Below are positions 29,779 through 36,936 of a stretch of DNA of 64,000 bases, piece after piece. The translations under genes were made by a program, and so were the position numbers. The stretch's first letter is position 1. Each line of letters begins with the position of its first letter. The notes under the pieces were generated by a model that searched no databases, was not told where the DNA came from, and was given only the letters and a program-made list of their open reading frames with translations. Origin of the DNA: an uncultured bacterium (lineage in GTDB: Bacteria > Acidobacteriota > Thermoanaerobaculia > Multivoradales > J023); NCBI GenBank assembly GCA_965366625.1, contig CBDUGP010000038.1, forward strand, positions 4,239 through 68,238, given 5' to 3'.

Positions 29779-31414
29779 CCAGGTCTTCCTCATCCGGGTC
29801 TTCCCCATTCGCGCCGAGCCCATCCAAGGGCCTCGAAACCACGCATGCGTTGATGCCGCCTACTCCCATGGACAGCTTGCCCACCGGACCCTGGGGTGCC
29901 GGGCATTCCCGATCGAATACGAAGTGGTCGTGTACTTCGGCGATTTGGGAGTTCAGTTCACCCTGGGCCAAGGGCGTCGGAAAGAGTCGGCCCCGTTGGT
30001 AGCCCAAATATTGGGCGGTCAGTTCCCAGCCACCGCCCGCGGACATGCCGTGGCCGAAGGTCCCCTTTCGAGCCGAAACCAACACGGATTCGGGCATTTC
30101 GGAGCGCACCATCTCCACTTCGTTGAAGTCTCCCGGGGTGGCCGTGGCGTGGAGATCCCACGACGTTATCGAACTCGGGTCGACCGCCGATTCTTTGAAA
30201 GCGAGGTGCATGGCGGTGGTCGGCCCGTCTTTCGAAGGGGTGATGATGTGGTCTGCGTCCGAGGTCACACCGACCGCTACCGGCTCCATGCCCAAGGGTT
30301 TGAAACCCTTGCTTTCCAAGACCTCCCGGGCGCCGACGATCCACACCACCGCGCCGCCGGCGATGTGAGTGCCGCGCAATTGAGTCAGGGGTTTAGAAAG
30401 CTGAGCGTCGGCAGAGATCACCCTGGCGTTGTAGAAACCACCCACCGTGAGGGGGTGGGGCGCGGGGTCCGTCGCGCCGATCACCACGGCGTCGGCTTCG
30501 TTCCGGCGGATAGCGTCAAGGGCCAATTTCAGGGTGACCCCGAAGGTCGAGCAGGCCGCGCCCACCGCCAGGGTAGCTCCGGTGATGTGGCCCAACATGG
30601 AGATCTGGGCCGCTGCAATATTGTCGATATTCCAAAGCAAGTTAGAAGAGACGGCCTGCCAAGGGGGCAGAGGCACTCCCCACTTCTTCTCCAGTCGTCG
30701 CAGACGCCGTTGTTTTTCCTTGATCGCCGACAGCTTGCCGGACTCCACGTCGCCCTCCACCGCCACGCCTTCAATTTCCCGTTGTTCGGCTAGAAATTGC
30801 TGAAGCTGCGGGCTATGGCCGGCCCAGAACTGCCACCAGGCATCCTCGAGTTCGTCTCGCTCGTCCTCATGGGCTCCGTGGGGAGAGGTGGGAATTTCGG
30901 CTGCGACGACCGGTGGAGCCCCGAAGAGCTGCTCGGGTTCGAGGGCCTGGCCGCCCTCATGGGCGCGGCGAGCGGAATTGTTGTCCACTCGGGCCCAAAA
31001 TCGATTCCAACGCCGTTGGGCGCGGTAGAGCGAGAGGGACTGCTGATATTGGACGTCCAGGTCACCGAGACCGGTGCCGATATAGACGTGGGTTCGGGTG
31101 CCGAGGCTTCGAAGCTCCTCCTCTAATCCCGGATTTTGTCCCAGGGCTTGGATGAAGCTACCGATGGCATATTGAATCGGACTTCCCATTTTGCTTTCGA
31201 GCTGGGAGAAACGATTGGGTTTGAATCGCTCGATGACCCACTCCCGGTAAACCGAAAAATCAAATTCCGGTACGCCCACCAGGAAATTGTTCGGGCCGAA
31301 GCCGTCGAACGATCCGAGCCAGGAATCGGCCTCCGTCAGCCGGTCGGCAAAGGCGTCGATATTCGGTGAGCGGGGCGCTACCAAGCCCCAACCATAGATT
31401 CCCACTTTACGCAC
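29756..31414 (-). CDS. Beta-ketoacyl-[ACP] synthase (FabF/FabB-like elongating KS) with ~120-aa insertion and acidic C-terminal tail
   Basis: Active-site Cys 'GATLAVGAACSTFG', His 'HATATPGDFNE' and 'KGTFGHGMSAGGG' (Cys-His-His triad); GTG start with AAGGAG RBS. Confidence 0.8.
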   Translation of the reverse strand: MRKVGIYGWGLVAPRSPNIDAFADRLTEADSWLGSFDGFGPNNFLVGVPEFDFSVYREWVIERFKPNRFSQLESKMGSPIQYAIGSFIQALGQNPGLEEELRSLGTRTHVYIGTGLGDLDVQYQQSLSLYRAQRRWNRFWARVDNNSARRAHEGGQALEPEQLFGAPPVVAAEIPTSPHGAHEDERDELEDAWWQFWAGHSPQLQQFLAEQREIEGVAVEGDVESGKLSAIKEKQRRLRRLEKKWGVPLPPWQAVSSNLLWNIDNIAAAQISMLGHITGATLAVGAACSTFGVTLKLALDAIRRNEADAVVIGATDPAPHPLTVGGFYNARVISADAQLSKPLTQLRGTHIAGGAVVWIVGAREVLESKGFKPLGMEPVAVGVTSDADHIITPSKDGPTTAMHLAFKESAVDPSSITSWDLHATATPGDFNEVEMVRSEMPESVLVSARKGTFGHGMSAGGGWELTAQYLGYQRGRLFPTPLAQGELNSQIAEVHDHFVFDRECPAPQGPVGKLSMGVGGINACVVSRPLDGLGANGEDPDEEDLDGEADHD

Positions 31415-31528
31415 AGAAGCTCCTTATAGCTTGCGCCTTTTCTCGGTCCAAGAGTCGAAAGAGTCGAAAAAATAGACCGCTCGAAAGCCGACGGATTATG
31501 CCACTCCGCCGAAGCGCCGATCGATGAT

Positions 31529-33370
31529 TCACGGTTTCGTGACCGAAGCCTGAAAGTCGGAAGATGACGAGCTGGACAGGTTTCGGTGTTGGTAGAGCCG
31601 GCCGTCCTCGAATCCCAGACCCCGATAGTAATGTCGAGTTCCGATCGCCGAGATGACCGCCAGGTTCTCGAATCCTTCCTCACTTGCCAAGCTCGCCGCC
31701 TCGTCCACCAAACGGCGTCCTAAGCCCAGGTGTTGTGATTTCCCGCGTCCCTCTTCTCCGGCCACCCCGCCAAAGGCCACGATGCCGCCATAAACGTGGA
31801 CCTCGCGAATCATGGCGCTGCGGCCCAATTCTTCGAGGAAGACAGCTTCCGCAGGCAGTGACAATCGGCAGAAACCCACAATCTTGTCGCCGGGGGTTAC
31901 GAATTGGAGAAAGATCTCGTCGCCGATCGAGGTTTGATAACGGGTTTTGGTTAGTCTCAGCTCGTCCGGATCCACGGCCCCGTCTCGAATCTCACGAGCC
32001 CGAATGTCACGGCTTTGGCGGCCTGTGTCCCGCAGCCGTCGCTCGACCACTTCCCGAAAGTTGGTGATCTTATTGCCGTCGACGATGTCGTCACCGGGGA
32101 TGTCCCGAACAATCCGAGTCAGGCGACAATATTCGGGGGTTTTGAGCATGGCTTCGGTGATCACCTCGAGAAGCTCGTCCTCGGTGTACGGACGCCACAG
32201 CCCGGATTCGAATTGCTGCATCAGCTCAGCGGTCTCGATCAAGCTACAGGGATAGATCTTGAGTTCGTCGGGTCGAAAGTCCTTGTCGCCGAAGAGTCGA
32301 TCGTAATCTTTGATGTCGTTCTGCGGATCGGAGCCGTAGAGATTGGGCATCCAATGGGCGTGCAGCTTGAATCCCGCTTGGCGGAGCAGCCGCACTGCGC
32401 GTCGAGTCGCTGCCACATCGTGGCCTCGTTTGTTGGCCTCCAAGACCTTGTCGTCGAGGCTTTGGAAGCCGATTTGAACTTTGGTGCAGCCGAGCCGTCG
32501 CACCCTTTCGACCTCTTGCTCATCGATGTGGTCGGGGCGGGTCTCGATCACCAAACCGACGCAGCGGGCGTCGGCGGATTCGTTGAGTTCTTGCGCGGCT
32601 TCCAGCTCCTCCCAGGTGGAAGATGCCTCGTGCTCTACCATGGCCTTGCCCAACCCACGGCCCAGGTAGGCGGACACCATTTGATTGTAGGTACGTTCCA
32701 TGGAATTGCCGGCGACCTCACCCTCAATGGCCGCAAAGTCGAAATCGCCGCTAATCCGAGCCGGTAGCTCGTCGGCCTTCTTGGGCGAGAAGTCGTTCAT
32801 CGCGTCGAAACAGCGTCGAATGAACCAGATCTGGTAGTCCTCAGGGTAGAAGGACCAAGTTCCACCGAGGATGATCATCTCGACCTTATCCGCTCGGTGT
32901 CCGTTGTGATGGTAGGTCAGCAGCCGGCCCAAGGTTTGGCCGTAGGGGTCGAATTGGTGCTGGGCCGCCCGTTGGGCTCCCGGCTCCCGTGCCAAATAGC
33001 TCTTGGGCATGCGCACGTCGTTGGGGCAGAAAATGCACTTGCCGGGGCACGGATAGGGCTGGGTGAGCACGGTCACCGGGGCCACGCCTGAGAGCGTGCG
33101 AATGGGCTTCATCCGGATCCGCGAGACAAATTCCTGCTCTTCGGTCCAGCCGAAGCGGTCGGCGAATCGTCGGAAAGCCCGAATGATTTCGCTTTTGGAG
33201 TATGCTCCCCCACCCATCTTCGGATGCCGCCGGATGATTCGATGGTAGCTTTCGCGGTCCAACGAGGGCGCGGATTGTAGATCCTCGATCAGGGGCACGA
33301 GGTGTGCCTCGTGGGCCTCGGGATCGAAGCTCAAATAGGAGCGGTGAGATTGCAGGTCTAGGGTCGGCAT
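31529..33370 (-). CDS. Elongator Elp3 homologue (radical SAM + GNAT acetyltransferase; tRNA U34 carboxymethylation-type enzyme)
   Basis: Radical SAM cluster 'CPGKCIFCPND', Elp3 hallmark 'VIETRPDHIDEQEV...GCTKVQIGFQSLDD', C-terminal GNAT 'HLGLGRRLVDEAASLA'. Confidence 0.9.
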   Translation of the reverse strand: MPTLDLQSHRSYLSFDPEAHEAHLVPLIEDLQSAPSLDRESYHRIIRRHPKMGGGAYSKSEIIRAFRRFADRFGWTEEQEFVSRIRMKPIRTLSGVAPVTVLTQPYPCPGKCIFCPNDVRMPKSYLAREPGAQRAAQHQFDPYGQTLGRLLTYHHNGHRADKVEMIILGGTWSFYPEDYQIWFIRRCFDAMNDFSPKKADELPARISGDFDFAAIEGEVAGNSMERTYNQMVSAYLGRGLGKAMVEHEASSTWEELEAAQELNESADARCVGLVIETRPDHIDEQEVERVRRLGCTKVQIGFQSLDDKVLEANKRGHDVAATRRAVRLLRQAGFKLHAHWMPNLYGSDPQNDIKDYDRLFGDKDFRPDELKIYPCSLIETAELMQQFESGLWRPYTEDELLEVITEAMLKTPEYCRLTRIVRDIPGDDIVDGNKITNFREVVERRLRDTGRQSRDIRAREIRDGAVDPDELRLTKTRYQTSIGDEIFLQFVTPGDKIVGFCRLSLPAEAVFLEELGRSAMIREVHVYGGIVAFGGVAGEEGRGKSQHLGLGRRLVDEAASLASEEGFENLAVISAIGTRHYYRGLGFEDGRLYQHRNLSSSSSSDFQASVTKP

Positions 33371-33470
33371 GGTTGGGCTCTGGGGAGGTGACGGCTCTTC
33401 GGAACCGAAGAATGGGGCCCGATGAAGCTATCACGAATAGTTGTGGGCCTTACGACGGCCGAGGGAGCAG

Positions 33471-34244
33471 ATGGACGAAGATACCCGCCAGGCTCTGCTG
33501 AGCATCAATAAGCGCTTTTACGACGATTATTCCGACAGTTTTGGTGCCAGTCGCCAGAGACCCTGGCCGGCTTGGCAAACTCTGCTGGGTGATCCCAACA
33601 GCCCCGGGCAGGGTTCGTCGGATGAGCCCCTCAAGATTTTGGATGTGGGCTGTGGCAATGGTCGATTCGGCGCCTTGGTGACGAGCCTGGTCGATCGACC
33701 CGTGCACTACGTCGGTGTCGACCACAGCGCCGGCTTGTTGGACCAAGCGCGGGTGGATCTGAGCAGCAGAGTTGAACGGTTGCGGCTCGAGCAGCTCGAT
33801 CTCGGTGACGCGGATGCCAGACCTCCTGAACTCAAAGGCGGTTTCGACATCATCGGTATCTTCGGGGTTTTGCATCACCTGCCGGGAGAATCACATCGGC
33901 GCGGCCTGTTGAACCGGCTCGGCAGCCGATTGGCGCCTGGTGGACAGCTGTGGGCCTCCTGGTGGATGTTGCACCAAACCTCTCGTTTTGAAAAAAAGGT
34001 GGTGCCGTGGCATCGGTTGAGGGAAGAGAAACCACCCCTGGCAATGCCCGATCCCGACCTGCTCGAGCAAGGCGATACCCTATTGTCGTGGCAACGAGAC
34101 GGATTCGGCTTGCGCTACCTTCACTTCCCGTCAGGGCCGGAAATCGATCGCCTCCAACGGCTGGAGAATCTTGATTTCGTCAGAACGCTCGAATCCGATG
34201 GCCCGACCGGACGGGAGAATCTCTACCTCGTTTGGACATGCTAA
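33471..34244 (+). CDS. Class I SAM-dependent methyltransferase, Trm9/ALKBH8-MT-like
   Basis: 'FGASRQRPWPAWQTLL...ILDVGCGNGRF' matches Trm9 block 'FSxTRYKPWPxVxxFL...DVGCGNGKY'; divergent to Elp3; start 33441 or 33471. Confidence 0.6.
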   Translation: MDEDTRQALLSINKRFYDDYSDSFGASRQRPWPAWQTLLGDPNSPGQGSSDEPLKILDVGCGNGRFGALVTSLVDRPVHYVGVDHSAGLLDQARVDLSSRVERLRLEQLDLGDADARPPELKGGFDIIGIFGVLHHLPGESHRRGLLNRLGSRLAPGGQLWASWWMLHQTSRFEKKVVPWHRLREEKPPLAMPDPDLLEQGDTLLSWQRDGFGLRYLHFPSGPEIDRLQRLENLDFVRTLESDGPTGRENLYLVWTC

Positions 34245-34319
34245 TATCCCGCCGCCTCTTTCCGGTCCTACCCCATCTCTTTCCGGTTCTACCTTATTCT
34301 CGGCCGAAGAACTTTCGTC

Positions 34320-35081
34320 ATGATTCGATTGCGCGCGCTTTTTAGAACTCTTCTCGTCCTGATCGCCACTGTTTTGGGTTATTCCGGGTGTTGGGTGGCC
34401 AAGGGCATTGGTCTTTTCTCTAAGGAAGCAGGACGGCGGCATCGCAACGCCGTCTTTCGTGCTTGGGCCTGGCGCTTGTGTCGCTATTTCGGAATGCGAG
34501 TGACCGTAGAAGGGACTCCACCCAGCGGCAGATTCTTCCTGGTGGTGAATCATGTCGGTTATGTCGACATTCCCTTGATTGCTACCGCCGTGGACGCAGC
34601 GTTCGTCGCCAAGGCTGACCTAGCCCGTTGGCCCTTCGTCGGCAAAGTGCTGGCGGCCGCAGACACCATTTTCATTGATCGCGCCCGAAAGAAAGACGTC
34701 TTGCGCGTGATCGGTCAGGTAGAGGATGCCATGGATCGAGGCCTGGGCGTGGTGCTCTTTCCCGAAGGCACCAGCGGCAAAGGTGACGAAATTCTTCAGT
34801 TCAAACCTTCTCTGTTGCAATTCGCGGTCGAAGGGGGGCATGAGGTCTATTACGCAACCCTCGAATACCGGACCCAGGACGGCGATTTGCCGCCTAGCGA
34901 AGGGGTGTGTTGGTGGGGCGATGAGGATCTGCTCCCCCACTATCGTCGATTGAGCTGCTTGCGTGGGGGCATTGAGGCAGTGCTTCGATTCGGAGAGCGG
35001 CCGATTGTCGGCCAGGATCGGAAAGTGCTGGCCGAGCAACTGCGGGAAGGCATGCTGGAATCCTTCCGGCCGATGCCCTGA
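34320..35081 (+). CDS. 1-acyl-sn-glycerol-3-phosphate acyltransferase (PlsC family)
   Basis: Acyltransferase motifs 'VNHVGYVDIPL' (HX4D variant), 'FIDR', 'VLFPEGTSGKG'. Confidence 0.8.
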   Translation: MIRLRALFRTLLVLIATVLGYSGCWVAKGIGLFSKEAGRRHRNAVFRAWAWRLCRYFGMRVTVEGTPPSGRFFLVVNHVGYVDIPLIATAVDAAFVAKADLARWPFVGKVLAAADTIFIDRARKKDVLRVIGQVEDAMDRGLGVVLFPEGTSGKGDEILQFKPSLLQFAVEGGHEVYYATLEYRTQDGDLPPSEGVCWWGDEDLLPHYRRLSCLRGGIEAVLRFGERPIVGQDRKVLAEQLREGMLESFRPMP

Positions 35082-35342
35082 ATCCCATGAGGCAGCTTGC
35101 TGGGGCCCGTCCAGTTTTGGCCTTTTCGAGGATCTAGAAGGCGCGGCGCGCCGGGGGCGCCCAGCCGAGCACGAAAAGCGAGCGTGTCTCAGCGATACAA
35201 CGTATAAATCGGCTTAAGATCTTACACATCAGCAATTTACGACGGTACTGCAGCGGTGGCGCGAGGTCGGAGCGACGCGCGCAGGGCGCCGCGCCGGCCC
35301 ACCGAGAATCCATTCCTGGATGGGCCCTTGCTAGACGAAGAT

Positions 35343-35903
35343 CTAGCCCAAAGCGTTGGCCCTGAGCAGGGCGACCACGGTCTTGGCGTCTTGAATCTCC
35401 CCATCCAAAGCTAGTCTGACGGCCCGTTCGAGGGGCATCTTAATCACCGTCAGCAGCTCATCCTCTTCTAAGGCCTGGGTACCTGGTTTCAAGTCGGTTG
35501 CCCGGTAGAGCCAGATCTTCTCGTCGGCAAATCCCGGCGTGGTGAAGATCCAACCCAGCGGAGCCAGGTTTCCGGGCACGAAACCCGTTTCCTCTTCGGT
35601 CTCCCGAGCCGCACAATGCTCCGGCTTCTCACCCGGGTCGAGCTTGCCCGCGGGTATTTCCAGAATCCAGCCGCCCGCTGCATGTCGGTATTGTCGAACC
35701 AAGAGGACCTGCCCAGAGTCCAGAACCGGCAGCACCGCCGCGGCTCCAGGATGTCGAATAACTTCTAGATCCCAAACCTTGCCGTCGGGTAGCTCGACGG
35801 ACTCGACACCGACATCCAGTACTTTTCCGCGAAAGACCTGGCGTCTATTGATAGGGCGCCGATTTGGTGGGCGCCGATCTGAAGGTTCGGAAGCTTCGCT
35901 CAT
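35343..35903 (-). CDS. NUDIX hydrolase (ADP-ribose pyrophosphatase-like)
   Basis: Nudix box 'GKLDPGEKPEHCAARETEEETG'; start at MSEASEPS. Confidence 0.85.
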   Translation of the reverse strand: MSEASEPSDRRPPNRRPINRRQVFRGKVLDVGVESVELPDGKVWDLEVIRHPGAAAVLPVLDSGQVLLVRQYRHAAGGWILEIPAGKLDPGEKPEHCAARETEEETGFVPGNLAPLGWIFTTPGFADEKIWLYRATDLKPGTQALEEDELLTVIKMPLERAVRLALDGEIQDAKTVVALLRANALG

Positions 35904-35930
35904 GGGGCTCGCTCGGGTTGTATGTTGGTG

Positions 35931-35982
35931 GGCCGAAGGTTTGCTCGGGAAAGATAGGCCGAAGGTTTGCTCGGGAAAGATA
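35931..35982. repeat. Perfect 26-bp direct repeat x2 (ggccgaaggtttgctcgggaaagata) upstream of the NUDIX gene
   Basis: Visible in sequence. Confidence 0.9.
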
Positions 35983-36068
35983 ACGCACAAAAACGCAGAA
36001 GCGGCGCTTTATGCGCCGCTTCTGCGAATCTCGGTCGAGGGTTGTTGTCGGCAAGGCGCCTGCAAGGC

Positions 36069-36554
36069 TCAGTTCGCAGCGTCCTCGTTGTCCGCCTCGT
36101 TCAGATTCAGAGTCGCCCGATCTTCTTCCGACAAGAATTCCTTGTCCACCAACAGCTGAACCACATGTTTGAGCGTTCGCGCGGAACGTTCAAGCTTCCG
36201 CTGAAGCGACTCGGTGGTGATGCCGGGTTGAAGATCTTTTTGGGCAACCTCGGCTCCGAATGAGCCCTTGCCGCCGCGACTGTTGTTGCCGTAAGCCTCG
36301 TTGTGCTCCATGCCGTCACCTTCGGAGAAGCGGTAAAGCTCCTTGTAGAAGTCGGCTGGTTCAACATCGATGACTTGAAGAATTCTAAGGACCTGCTCAA
36401 CTCGCAAGGATTTCTGCTTGGTGAGCAGTTGGCTGATGTAACTCCGACCCCAGGCCAGCTCTGCTTGAACCTGAAGTTGGGTGAATCCTTGCTCACGAAT
36501 CTTGTTTCGGAGCAGGGTCAAGGTTCGGTCGAGTTCTCTTTCAACAGGGATCAT
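36069..36554 (-). CDS. XRE-family helix-turn-helix transcriptional regulator
   Basis: N-terminal HTH 'QGFTQLQVQAELAWGRSYISQLLTKQKSLRVEQVLRILQVI'; 161 aa. Confidence 0.8.
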   Translation of the reverse strand: MIPVERELDRTLTLLRNKIREQGFTQLQVQAELAWGRSYISQLLTKQKSLRVEQVLRILQVIDVEPADFYKELYRFSEGDGMEHNEAYGNNSRGGKGSFGAEVAQKDLQPGITTESLQRKLERSARTLKHVVQLLVDKEFLSEEDRATLNLNEADNEDAAN

Positions 36555-36936
36555 GATGGCTCAAGATTTTACTGATTACTATGGATTTGGCAAGAACAAA
36601 TTTCACTAAACACAAATATCCGCAGAATCTTGGAATTTCAAAGGTGTATTTGAATAGTCCAGAGGTTCTTTGAAAAGTTGACTTTCACTTTCTTTGCAGA
36701 ATCCGCGTGCCTTGTGAAGACTAATAACCGTTGTGACCCTCATTTGAATCTCCTTGCCGTATTGTTTCTTGCTCTGCGATTGACTCATTCCACGATGCGC
36801 CCGTTCATTTATCTGCGCTCGTCGAATCAGGTCACTCTTCCCCGCCTCGATGCATCGAGTATACGCCTTACTTACGCCTTTTGCAAGAAAACTTACGCCC
36901 TGCTTACGCCTCTTACGACGATCTACAAATACGAAG
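36555..36936. promoter_or_regulatory. AT-rich island (~40% GC vs >60% surroundings) upstream of the XRE regulator, with four copies of cttacgcc
   Basis: Composition visibly shifts; octamer cttacgcc recurs at ~36866-36920; contains a possible 60-aa ORF (36606-36788, minus). Confidence 0.3.

Noticed and set aside
28291-30793. Plus-strand ORFs of 337 and 456 aa antisense to DUF2868 and the ketosynthase
   Set aside because: Antisense to ORFs with clear KS catalytic triad / TM topology; low-complexity translations
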